Shown here in pieces: positions 26,640 to 38,597 of a stretch of DNA of 64,000 bases (the first letter of the stretch is position 1; the number at the start of each line of letters is the position of its first letter). A program made the position numbers and the translations under genes. Below the pieces are notes generated by a model. The model was not told where the DNA came from and did not search any database. It was given only the letters and a program-made list of their open reading frames with translations. The DNA is taken from assembly GCA_051294905.1 (NCBI GenBank), contig CM119371.1, forward strand, positions 28,150,001-28,214,000. Reading direction: 5' to 3'. The stretch comes from Botryllus schlosseri (lineage: Eukaryota).

Positions 26640-27900
26640 CAGCTGATTCACAGTTGATTGACATTCTTGCGGGACTGCTATTCTTGCGGGAATTACAATT
26701 CAAAAAATAGGACCAATATGGCACTTATGAGGGAAAATTTTCCCGACCCTTGATTTACCGTATGCATCTTACTTTTAAATACACTTACGAAAAACATCTA
26801 TACCAGATGAGCTCACATAAATTCAGGTCTCACGTTGAAAGTAAATATTGATGTTTGATCAATTACTTGTGCAAACAGCAGTGATATTGGTTACCTTATA
26901 TGGCAGCAAGGACGCTAGTCTTATTGCACCATTAAATGCGTACAACGGAGCGATTGCCAAAACACAATATCTTTCGGTCATACCAAATGATTTATGATCG
27001 ACACACAAGCAGGAACGCTGCGCTATGGTACGGTATTTTAGGATTTATGGTACTTCCTCTTTCTTCAATATTCACCCGTACCGTACCAATTACATGGTGT
27101 GAGTAATGGCTACATTAGCGGTGATTGTTCGGCTATGTTTCGATCAGCGTTTCGATCAAGTCCCCAATTTCGAGTCACACGTCACCTCGAGTCATTGCAC
27201 ATTTTACACGAGTCAACTCAAATTGAATTTTACAAGTATGAAGTTGCTGCAACGTTATTACATTGAGCTAGCCGTTTGAAACACAGATTGATTTTGCATC
27301 AAATAACGAATATAAGTGAATTACAGTGGCTGACCCTGACTAAGCCAAAAAGTGATACTTTAGTCATTAACATCACAAATTCCACTGTCAGTCTACTCAA
27401 GTTTTGGTTGGCTGTGCAAGTTCACAATAATTATAAGTCCAATTATTCATTTCATGACGTAACTAATTTCGAAAATAACATCGCTAGCCCTTCAAAACCT
27501 AATAGAGGAGTGGTAAAATGTTAATTGTGTTATCGCAAGTTCCTCGTATCGCAGTAAGGAAGTGGAAAATTATATTACAGTTTTTTTTTCGGCCACACTC
27601 ATGTTTAGTGTTCTCATATAATGTTTATATAGTTTGTTGGCTATTTGAAATAATCCGTGGACCATACAAGGCTGTGGACTTTTTCACCTATACACAGAGG
27701 TTGTCAGTCACGAAGTACTTCTACTATTTCGAAATAGCCAAGTATTATGCTCTACTTGCAATATTTACTCAAATAAATTTATTTTCCGTTGCTTTTACTT
27801 CTATGTCGTCACGTTATCTGACTTACTTACTAACATTTCGCTATTTACAGTTTGTCAAGTAGAAGTATTTCATACTTCGAATAAAGGGAGAGAGAGATAC
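26640..27900. repeat. Old segmental duplicate, inverted copy at about 54895-56260
   Basis: Colinear reverse-complement blocks, e.g. TACCGTATGCATCTTACTTTTAAAT, ATTGCACCATTAAATGCGTAC and CTATTTACAGTTTGTCAAGTAGAAGTA. Confidence 0.85.
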
Positions 27901-28869
27901 AACCAATAAACATTCACGAAAGCATCGGTCAATATTGTTGATGTAGCAGCTGATTGGTTCATGTGCGCATTTTCAGACCGCATTGTCGACCATACACCCG
28001 TTTCATCAGTTGAGCTCAACAAAACGCTCCGGATTATACGATCTACCATATTTTCAGTTGCCTTCCTAATCGCGCAAAGTGTTAACACGGCATCAGGTAC
28101 AACCTATCCGTATTGCTCATCGTGTTATTAACTACGGGCTTTGGAGTACGAAGGCGGGTGCCATACATCACTGACGTGGCCAAGAGGGGCGTAAGGGGCC
28201 ATGCACCCCATAAATTGATTGTAAAATTTCGTAAATCAATATAGAATAGACTGTTTAAGATAGATGAATTAGACCAAAAGTTTTCCATGGCGCCTCGCAC
28301 AATTTAGCGTTACTATATGTCCTAGTTTTGTTATGGAAACCCCTCTCGAATCAACTTTTTTATTTTCAAAAAATACGCATAATTTCCATAATTTTGTTCA
28401 ACTGTATTCTGGACTATTACTGGTGATGTTGATCAAATTCATTCATCTACATCAAAAAGTTTTCGGGCTTCGCGCGATTCCAACTCATTTTTTTACTGGA
28501 TTTCATGACATGATTTCGACTATGAACACTGTTCTATAGCAAAGGTGTAGTTTGTATCACATGATGCGGTCAAAACCTTAATCTGTTTAAAGTATATACA
28601 GTTATCTTCTGCATGGAATGTAGCAACACAAACCCAGCTCTCTCCACCGACAGCATTTGTCAATTTCAAGGTGTTGAAAGTCCATAGGAACGTATTATGA
28701 CCGCTTTTCGAAAGCACTTACTTACTTGATTAGCTTTTAGAGACAGCAATTCCGACTTCTACTTGGAGTAGTTTAGGGCTGTGTAGAAAGCCACAACTTC
28801 TACTCGTACTTAGTAAAATTCTGCGTCGCTGCGTCTACTTCTTCTTGAGTAGCTTTCTTAACTGCGAAT

Positions 28870-31200
28870 ATCTTATCAGGGGTGATCGGCAATGTAAACA
28901 ATGGCTTATTCTACGCAGCATTACGTCTTGTGCAAGCTTTCTCATATCAGTGGTATCGACTCCATAGTGAAAGTTGATGCACTATCATCACGTACTCAAG
29001 TGTTTTTGTCTTGTTTTCGGAAGCACTTTTAACCTCCTTGGTTGGCTTGTTTGAATAGTATCGAAGTGTCCTACATTTTGTCACAGAGCTTGCAACTCCA
29101 GGCTGTTATCATGGGGTTTTGTTCTGTAACCGCCCTTGTGTCTCTGCTGGCAAAATCAGTCATTGCTACATTGTATACTGTACAGTTCTAATGAAAGGGG
29201 GAAGTGTTATTCTGCTCCGATTTTATTAGATGCTGTCTATATCAATGTGTCTCCCTTCGCTACAATAATCTGCAAGTCTCTGGATACAGTTAAAGCTGAA
29301 GGATGGTAGCCATCCTCCTCTGACAGTTGGATGGATCAACGACCATACCGTTGGATCTGGCTTTAGTGCTGTAAAGCTCTTTTCGAGAGAAAGGCACATG
29401 GACTCACCAACTTTCGATTTTCTTACCTACCGTACTAGTGGGTGCCACACAGGTACAATATTATAATAATATCATGCTGTAATTTCGTACCGATATCGTA
29501 CATTGGTCGGGTCAGCTCAAGTGACTGGTAAACATTACCAAGTGGGTAAGGCATTGATTGTACATTTTATCGAGTATGTCGCATAAGTTCATGTTCCCCC
29601 TCCGTAAAACCGATGGCGGTTCAATTTCCATATACTATAGTTTGAGCCGTATCGATAAATTCGTTGCATCTGCTTTGTTAAAACTCCTGTAGGATTTCTG
29701 TTCGTCCAAAGTAGAACATTTTGAAAAACATAACGCGGTCATGGCTTTGTACTGCGTACTCGAAACAATACATATCGGTGGAGCCGTAAGGGGTTATTGC
29801 AGTATGCGAAACATGATCAACCCTAAATGTCAAAGTTCAAAATTTAGAACAATAGTGCGTTCTGCTTTTCTCACTCCTATTAGTACTTGTTCAATGCACA
29901 ATGCGCATCGCACATATATACTGCACGCGTTCGCCCATGGTGAAGGGTAGGTTCTAGTGTACGGTGAACGTAGACTGTCGTTTCGAACCCTCCCTAATTC
30001 ATAGATCCTACGATCATGTAACACCCCACGATAAAATGCGTTCGTTACTATGCTCCTGCCACATTATGATTAATTTGTATATCATCATATTTCAGGGTGG
30101 CCCAACAAAACCATAACCAGCTGCACTAATTTTCTGCTATAATTTCAATATATTTACAAGCGCTAAATTCGAGTGCAAATTTAAAGAACGCGGCACAGTA
30201 TAATAAATCTTGCTAATAAATAGAAGTACGGCGAATACATCTAGCGGCGCCCATCTAAATTCAAATTCCACGTCAAAGTTGAATGTTCGATAAATCACCA
30301 ATTCAAACAGTTGTTATATTAGTTACCTAATAAGGCAACGAAGAAGCAAGTTTTATTGCTTCATAAAATCCGCGTCGCCAAGCGATTGATGCGACGACAA
30401 GAATTCGGAGCTACATTAAATAATTTACGATCAACGCACATACGGCAAGGTTTTGATGTTGTATTCGTTTCGATTTATCGTACTTCCAGTTGGTTACACC
30501 CTCAAGAAAGCGCGTGATTCACAGAAACGAATAAATATCAACGTTTCATCCAGCATGCGACTCTTCGATGCCCACAGTCAAAAAGCGGCGACTATCAAAC
30601 CTTGATCAAAAACCACCGACGCATGTTTGCCAAAACCGCTGATCTTGATAGGCCCTGTGCAGAAATGACAGGCGACGAATACTGCCGCTCAAGCAACCTG
30701 ATGCGGCCGATGACGAAATACCGTATTCGAATAATCTGCGTGTCGCTACAGGGGTTTTCGTTTAGTTCGGTGTGATACGTGCCAATGATTCAAATATATA
30801 TTAATTACCTGCAATCACATGTGGGGCGCTTTCACTGTTATCTATTTCAATTGCAAATCAAGATTACCCCATCTCCAGTGACAATCTGATAATTGAAAAT
30901 CCATAATAATTTGTCTGATTATAATCCAAGTGGTGAGAAAGTGACTTGCACACAATCCCAATTAACCATCAAAAGTACATCCCAAAAAGCGGGATTTTTC
31001 TGTTGGCCTGTTGACCTGTGTTCATAATTGCTTATATTACACCTGGGCCTACGATATCGTAGGCCCCGATTACACTTATACCATACCTAAGTCTGAATAT
31101 TGTTGCAGACTCGATAACTGCAGAGGAAAATCAAAATAACTATAGGCTGTTACTATTGTGAAATTATGTTCCGCGAACGTGTCGCAGGGAAAAATACGTA
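28870..31200 (+). pseudogene. Decayed intronless leucine-rich-repeat gene (Toll/Slit-like), copy A
   Basis: Fragmentary translations GLTNFRFSYL, LETIHIGG..GYCSMRNMINPKCQS (LRRCT-like), SIINLAN and NNLRVATGVF, with many stops and frameshifts. DNA homology to 38598-39265, 42520-44480 and 62665-62750 (minus). Confidence 0.55.
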
Positions 31201-32133
31201 GTGAGTATTATAGTATTATAGAATTATTTAATGCCGATCCTGACACTCTGTTTTGTACTAGACGAATATTCAAATTCAACCAATATAATTTCAAGAGCCG
31301 TTGAAGCAATGAAATGAGGAATGGTCTTTTGGCAAATCAGAGCAGCCATAGTACTTCGTTATTGACTATACATTTATCACCAGAGGTTGTCAGCAGACAT
31401 GGGGTGATTACTTCGTGAATGTAATCGATCGCGATTACGATCACTTCTGAATCACGCGATTACGATTTCATACAATTCAGGAAGTATAGTCGATTACGAT
31501 TGCGATTACATTGGAAAAGTAATCACGATTACTCACGATTACATTTATTTTGCTTCTTAGAACTAATCTTGGAAGATATATTGATAGACAATACAAGTAT
31601 TGTGATGAAAAGGCGTAATGAGATAACAACTTTGTTTATAGTTAATACGTCATTTGCTTGTTACGTCATGAGGTACCCAATGCCCAACTTTATAGGGGAC
31701 GAATTATCGCACCCATCGTTTTTCATTCTTGCCAAGTCAGTAACTGAAGCACCCCAAACTCTTCAATTGGGTGGGGAACGAGCTCGAATGAGACTCAAAA
31801 CTATTTCAGAAATCAACATAAATTATAGGGTATTTTCGAGAGATTTAATTAACGCGATTTAATGTCTAGATAACTTGATTTTGAAATCCATACGTCTCTT
31901 CAAGAGAAAAAGCATGCCTAATTTATACGAATAGGCGTTTCGGTGCCGGTAATTACCAAAAGACATGCAGTTTCGGCCTACATGCGACTCCGCGAAGTGT
32001 GCTATCCACGAAAGACCTAGGCCGAAACTTTGGATATGTGTCCATTGTGAATCGCCGCGCTGGATGGGCGTGACGAATAGTCATGTCCTTCCAATCGGAG
32101 CCCCTCAATACAAATGCAATCGGGGGCACCCAC

Positions 32134-33882
32134 TAGAGTTGGATCAATAACATTATTTCAGTTCAATTACAATTACAATTACTTTCATGCATGTTTCAAT
32201 TACATTACAATTACAATTACAATTGCTGCTGTTGAACATGTAATTGAATAATCATAAATTCAACCGTGCTCCTTGATAACCGTAGCGTCGTAATTAACAA
32301 CAATTCAAGTATTCATGTTTCATTCATGATACGCAAATACCCGTTAACTAATAAAAAGAAAAACGCTTTCGAACTATTCCTAATCATAGGAAACGTTGTT
32401 AAGCGACAGTTAACAACCAAAAGTTTGAGCGACTGGCAATGACTAACAACGAATAGGCAGCAAGATGGGCAATGAAACGCAATCAAACGAATAGACAAAA
32501 CTGAGCAACGCAAATGAAATGTAGCTCTCAAGACGTCAGCGTGTGTAAAATTCAGGTAAATGCAAATGGAAAGAAGCTCCTGATACCATAAATTACAATT
32601 TTTGTTTGCATTTACATTTTTCCTTGTTCAAAAACTGCTGGATTGCATTTAATGAACATTAAAGTGCGAAAAGTTTCTGGCACCAGTAAATGTCATTGTC
32701 ACGTAATATAAGCGTGTTTTGTATGCTCGGTAATTATGGCTCACGTAATTGGAAATGTAAAATGTTATTTACCTAATTTCCTATGGGTTAGGGTTAAAGA
32801 TAGGGTGCAGTATGTCGTTGAAGAAAGTATATAGTATATAATTAAAGAAATAATATTATTTTTATCGAGAGACGTAGGAATTACGATGAGGAGTAAAAAC
32901 AAAACCGTGCTTTGTCAGATAAGACGTTATATAATGTCCAGTGGTCTGGTTAGTTAGCCAGACGAAGTAACGATGCAGCATCGTGATCTGAAATCGCATT
33001 GTAGAATGCCAACCATCGGATAGATGCGCAAGATGTGAGTCACGAATGAATTTACCGACAAACGTACTGCAGAGCCGGCTAAAAGCAGCAAACTTTGTAG
33101 TCCTAGAGCTGGCGATCCAAGCGTCCAAATTTGATGCATCTGGTCTTTATCGTAAGCTATTGATGCACTAATTCTGAAAATACAAATTAAAATCTCGTCA
33201 GGGCAATGTAACTGTTCCAAAATAGCCGTTTAAGGCCGACTGTTCTGAAAAGTGAGAGCGCCGCAGCAGCATGACCACAACAATGACCAATTACGCCCAG
33301 CGATTGTTCAGAACAATGCCGATTCCCAGACTTTCACGACTATTTTGGGATGGTACCATTGCCTGGAAATATACTTTTATTGCGGAATCAGTGCGATACT
33401 AGCTTTCGATTAGGATCATACATATCAAATTTCGACGCTCGGATCGCCAGCTATGGGACTGTCAATTCTGCTGCTTTAAGCCGGCTCAGCAGTTCGCTTC
33501 TCGGCGTATTCAATCGTGCGAATCCATCCGTTGGTTGGTAATCTGATACACAATGGCAGCCGAGGCCAGCATAGCGGTAAAAATAAAAAAAAATCACCCG
33601 CAAGGGCGCAGTCAAGGGCTTCCACGAATGGATCCACCAAATTCCTAGTCGATATTTAAAAATAATGCATTATAATTCAATTATTTTATGTTGTGCTTGT
33701 CAGGTCTCAATAGCAATTTAATGTAATTGAAATTGTAATTGAGCAAAATTTTTGTCAAATTACAATTACAATTACAATTACACAAAATAAAAATGCTTCA
33801 ATTACAATTACATTACAATTACATTGAAAAATGTAATTAAATACATTCAGCTCAATTACAAATTACAATTGATCCAACTCTG
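32134..33882. mobile_element. Nested hAT-type element with AATTAC arrays
   Basis: TAGAGTTGGATCAAT...ATTGATCCAACTCTG; perfect TSD GCACCCAC. Confidence 0.9.
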
Positions 33883-34123
33883 GCACCCACAGAGGAATGA
33901 AGACATGACAATTTGTGTGTGCGTCTCACGAAAGTTTTACTCTGCTAGGTTTGGGTGACAACAATATATTTTGATTATATAACAGACGGAAGGTCACGAA
34001 TTAACAACATAGAATAAAGCAAATATTACTACATATCATATGTTATAACTATGAATTACGTGCCCCCAGCTCTACGGGTAAATCTGACCATCGGGGGTCG
34101 AGAGAGGATTAAAAATGAATAGT

Positions 34124-35186
34124 ACCCTTAATTTTCCAAATATAGTATGACGCCCACATGTATAATACGCACCCTTAAATTGACGTGTAAATTCTGTGGG
34201 AAAGCCTGTACCCATGTATAGTACGCACCCTTCATTCGCAGTACATGGATTTGAATGGTTATGTTTTAGTATTCGATGTCATTCTGTTTTGCCATGTCAC
34301 TGTTGAACAATCATGACATAACGATCGGTAATGATTATACCCTTAACCACATTGACTCTGAACCAGTGGTTTTGAAACTGGGGGGCGCGCAACCCCTTGG
34401 GACGCGTGAAAACAACCGAAAGGGACGCGAAGCTGCGGTCAACTGATTTTTTTCCTCCAATTCATAATTATTTCTCGGTATATAGTCCTTATTTTACATT
34501 TGAGAATTCTCTCATCAATAGTGATAACCTTGTATGCCATCGAACTATCTGTTGAGATTGCTAGCATTTTGGTTCCATTTTGTGATATGACGATGAGGCG
34601 GGCGCGAAATTTTTCACTATCATAAAGGCAAGCGTGTCTAAAAAAGTTTGAGAATCACTGCTCTAAACGATAGTAGATAGCAGCCAAAGCCTGCGAGGCA
34701 CGCGACGCGATAGTTCAGGCCAGCGACATCTTGCGCACGAGGCCTATTACAGATGCGACTGCTCAGGCCAACGATTTTGTCGTGCGCACCAGGCCTGTTG
34801 GAGATGCGACTGTAGTGTTTAAGGCCAGCCATTACATCTTGCGCACATGGTGTGTTGTATATGCGATTGTTCAGGTCTGTCGTTGACGTGATGAATTAGC
34901 GAGGATTGCCGCGCGCGCGTGCAACATTCGTTTTTATAGACGGATCTCGCTAATTGGCAACACGCTTCTCGGTGATTGGCAGCGCGTAACACTGATAACA
35001 CGAATTACTGGACACGATGGCTGAATGTGATGCGCGATTAAAACAGACATGAAGAAAGGTGTCATTTCAAGTTGTATTTCGAGGAAGATTTTCTTCATGG
35101 CTTGTTGTACCCATGCATAATGCGCACCCCTTATTTTAGGACAAAAAATCGATAAAATTTTGCGCATTATACATGGAAAATTACGG
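34124..35186. mobile_element. Tc1/pogo-like MITE (nested)
   Basis: Degenerate CCGTAATTTTCC-type ends (right end GGAAAATTACGG) and repeated CATGTATAATACGCACCC motifs. Confidence 0.55.
34364..34660. mobile_element. hAT-type MITE (third nesting level)
   Basis: CAGTGGTTTTGAAAC...GTTTGAGAATCACTG; TSD CTCTGAAC/CTCTAAAC. Confidence 0.82.
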
Positions 35187-36314
35187 CAATATAATGCAAT
35201 TGCCAATATTCTGACGAAATTTAGTCATCAACCTGAAAACTGTCCACCCTATGTGGCACACGACAAACATTTGGAGTGGGGGACGAATTGCTGTTTTGGT
35301 CCTGATTCTGGCTACAACCCAAGCTAACATGCTGTATAAGCGGCTGGCTATGGTGCCAGTTCCAAATGTTGAGTAAAGAATTGCGAAATTGGCACCCGTT
35401 TCAAGTAGAGTCATATGAGAAAAAGATAAAGTGAACATAAAATTCTGCCTTCCACTTAATACAGATACTGCAAGCTGCCGTTACGAGAAACGGCACACAG
35501 CGGCTCGGTTATGATATATCAACAGCTGTTGGTTTCTAATGCTTCATTGTGGAAAACGCATTGTTTCTTTCACTTGACTAGTACAAAATTCCAAATCTTT
35601 GTCCGCCAAGCAACAACGGTCAAGCTGCGTTTAACTAGGCATAACCAGACATCAATACATAGTTACTATTTGAAACTAGGCAGCGTTATGTTTATTACCC
35701 TGCTGCGAGGTATAGTGGCGTCTGGACTCTGGGGTGCATTGGTAACCTGATATACAACATGACAGGTGTTTTTACGATCACACTGCAATGTTCATCGAAT
35801 AATTATTTCCTATGTGTGGTCACTTCTTACGCAATGACAAGCAAAGCTAATATTTCTGTCGTAATAATGAGCAGTGGCGTTTGAACATCAGAAGTTTGTG
35901 CTATCAGTAAACCTGGTATATCTTCATTGTTCATAATGTTCACGTTCACGAATGTCCAGTTTACTTTATGTCATAGTCCTTGTAAAAAGTAATCGTTCTA
36001 TCACAAAAAAATCGATTACGATCGAAGCAGTCGATTACGATTACGATTACTTCGGAATTTTTTCGAATGTAATCGATTGCAATTACGATTACTGCAAAAT
36101 GCTGTAGGCCTAATCGATTACGATTACTAATCGCGATTGCCCCATGTCTGGTTGTCAGTAACGACTTACATTCACTTTTCGAGATACTTCAAATTGATTT
36201 TGCCTACTCAAACTATTTCCTCAAGTCGTTATGATTTGAGACTAATTTTACTTCTACTTAACAGTGTAGCCGCTTTTTAGGCAAAACTATTCTTAGAATA
36301 CTTACCCTTTAACA

Positions 36315-36814
36315 CAGTGGTTCCCAACCTGTGGTACGCGTACCACTAGTGGTACGCGAAGGTCTTCCAGGTGGTACGCGAGTAGATTCTGTTTTTTTTT
36401 TCGACCGAAGGAAGTTATTAGTTCAGTTGGGTTGATTTTGAATTTTTTGAAGTTTTTTGACTAGTGGTGAAAAAACAATTCTACGCATCTCAGCAACCCG
36501 GGCTGATAATGCCTGGTTTAATAGAATTTGTTATTACTAGGGTGATTTTTCTTTACAAAATTGAGCGTTAAGTTAAAAAATTGTCAAAATTATTTACAAA
36601 GTCAAAATTTTTTGGACCCCTTCATTTCGTTTGTATCGTAGATTTTGATATTTTCCAGCTTATAGCCCAAATAGCTCAAATACGTGAGTATGACGTCAAA
36701 AATGGTGAAAACATTTTTGACTGCCTACGGCGTACGTAAATTATGTAGGTGGTACGCGAGCACTGCATAAAACCTCGAAGTGGTACGCGGGTTGAAAAAG
36801 GTTGGGAACCACTG
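36315..36814. mobile_element. Young 500-bp hAT-type MITE
   Basis: Perfect TIR CAGTGGTTCCCAACCT; perfect TSD CTTTAACA; GTGGTACGCG repeats. An inverted copy lies at 37218-37716. Confidence 0.95.
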
Positions 36815-37716
36815 CTTTAACATATACCTTTAAATCGCTACTTCTACTTCTATATGAGAGTATAGTGCGACCACATCATGTTTATTACTCGTGAGGTTGT
36901 TGCTAGCTCGTGAACGCAGGACAAGCGTCGTGGCGCTGTTAAAGTGCTGCTATTGTCATGCTCACATACAAAGTCGAGTGGCATTTGGCTGATCAACTCA
37001 AACAATAAACAACACAATATTCATTATTGTTTGAGTTGATCAGCCAAATGCCACTCGACTTTGTATGTGAGCATGACAATAGCAGCACTTTAACAGCGCC
37101 ACGACGCTTGTCCTGCGTTCACGAGCTAGCAACAACCTCACGAGTAATAAACATGATGTGGTCGCACTATACTCTCATATAGAAGTAGAAGTAGCGATTT
37201 AAAGGTATATGTTAAAGCAGTGGTTCCCAACCTTTTTCAACCCGCGTACCACTTCGAGGTTTTATGCAGTGCTCGCGTACCACCTACATAATTTACGTAC
37301 GCCGTAGGCAGTCAAAAATGTTTTCACCATTTTTGACGTCATACTCACGTATTTGAGCTATTTGGGCTATAAGCTGGAAAATATCAAAATCTACGATACA
37401 AACGAAATGAAGGGGTCCAAAAAATTTTGACTTTGTAAACAATTTTGACAATTTTTTAACTTAACGCTCAATTTTGTAAAGAAAAATCACCCTAGTAATA
37501 ACAAATTCTATTAAACCAGGCATTATCAGCCCGGGTTGCTGAGATGCGTAGAATTGTTTTTTCACCACTAGTCAAAAAACTTCAAAAAATTCAAAATCAA
37601 CCCAACTGAACTAATAACTTCCTTCGGTCGAAAAAAAAACAGAATCTACTCGCGTACCACCTGGAAGACCTTCGCGTACCACTAGTGGTACGCGTACCAC
37701 AGGTTGGGAACCACTG
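36315..37716. repeat. Near-perfect palindrome with arms of about 694 bp and a 15-bp spacer
   Basis: 36315-37008 is the reverse complement of 37024-37716. I found only one homopolymer indel and one substitution by eye. Spacer ACAACACAATATTCA. Confidence 0.96.
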
Positions 37717-38349
37717 CCTTAAAGGCAGCACATATTTGCACAATTGCACATGTATATAGTATAGTTTCGTACATTGACTATAGAAGTGAATATATATGGA
37801 TATATATCCTCGTAGGCATTGGTGTCAATTCCGGTACATATCGAAAGCCACGGAGATCATCATATGTCTCAAAAACCATAAAATGACCGTGTATCTACTC
37901 ATTGGGCGGCTTTTGCATTTGTATTTTTAATGTGATTTATTTGCTTTATTGTAAATATTTGGTTCGTCATGGAAGGGCGGAAGACTGTCGATATGAAGTT
38001 GCATTAGCGCCCATAAGTGCCGTATTTCGGCATTCAACATAGCCCGTGCGCGATTTGCGTAACAGTTATTGCGTATGCTTGGGAAAGAGATTTCCTTTTG
38101 CTCATAATCGCTACTCTTCGAACGTGAATCAAGAAAACCTCTCTATATAATCAGCAAACTCAACCCATTGAGAAAACTACTTTTATTCCTATGCAATACA
38201 TGAAGAGGTCAGATTACAGAATTGCAGTAGATTAAGAACTGGCAAGGGTTGCAGAGCAGAGGTAGAGATGATTGAAAATGAAGAATCGAGATTACAGAAA
38301 TTTTGTTGTGATACACGCGCACAAGTGTAATTTTAGTCCAGTGTGGTGC

Positions 38350-38550
38350 ATTCAAGGCCTTCCGAAGAATCTGCACAGTGCCCAATAACGTGATCTTTTG
38401 AATCATGTCGAATCGAACATTTCCCGGAATCTGTTGGATATGTCCGATGACTATCGGTGCAATGTTTATTTTGCATCGCCACATCTTCTCACATTCCATT
38501 TGGAAGTCTGCGTATTTCGGATGTTTTTCTGATTCTTTTTGTATGACCGA
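38350..38550 (-). mobile_element. 3' relic of an R4/Dong-like non-LTR retrotransposon (restriction-like endonuclease C-terminus)
   Basis: KESEKHPKYADFQMECEKMWRCKINIAPIVIG...MIQKITLLGTVQILRKAL matches the KE.EK..KY.DL...MW...PIVIG...QK..LLGT..ILR signature, with an internal deletion. Confidence 0.8.
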
Positions 38551-38597
38551 TTAGGTCTTTTGCACGACGTATGCATGGTGACTAACGTACACAAGAG

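Larger units (their letters stand above)
31394..36150. mobile_element. hAT-type non-autonomous element with GATTAC arrays and several nested insertions
   Basis: CAGACATGGGG...CCCCATGTCTG; perfect TSD GTTGTCAG. The target is itself the terminus of another MITE (CAGAGGTTGTCAGTAACGA; compare about 27695). Confidence 0.9.

Noticed and set aside
28870..29440. Conserved repeat first considered as a structured ncRNA (snRNA, 7SK, RNase P or telomerase-like)
   Set aside because: No complete diagnostic motif or template, and the hairpins are not conserved between copies. Better explained as decayed LRR coding sequence.
30150..30460. Minus-strand TIR-domain-like reading (RMCVDRKLF...SNKTCFFV...W.FIE)
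   Set aside because: Weak match, and it conflicts with the plus-strand LRR reading that is colinear with flanking blocks. Unresolved without a profile search.
32785..32806. GGGTTAGGGTTA telomere-like motif
   Set aside because: Only two units, inside nested transposon sequence; not an interstitial telomere.
31410..36140. GATTAC, AATTAC and GACTT arrays as CRISPR-like or satellite repeats
   Set aside because: No repeat-spacer structure; they are subterminal motif arrays of TSD-flanked MITEs.
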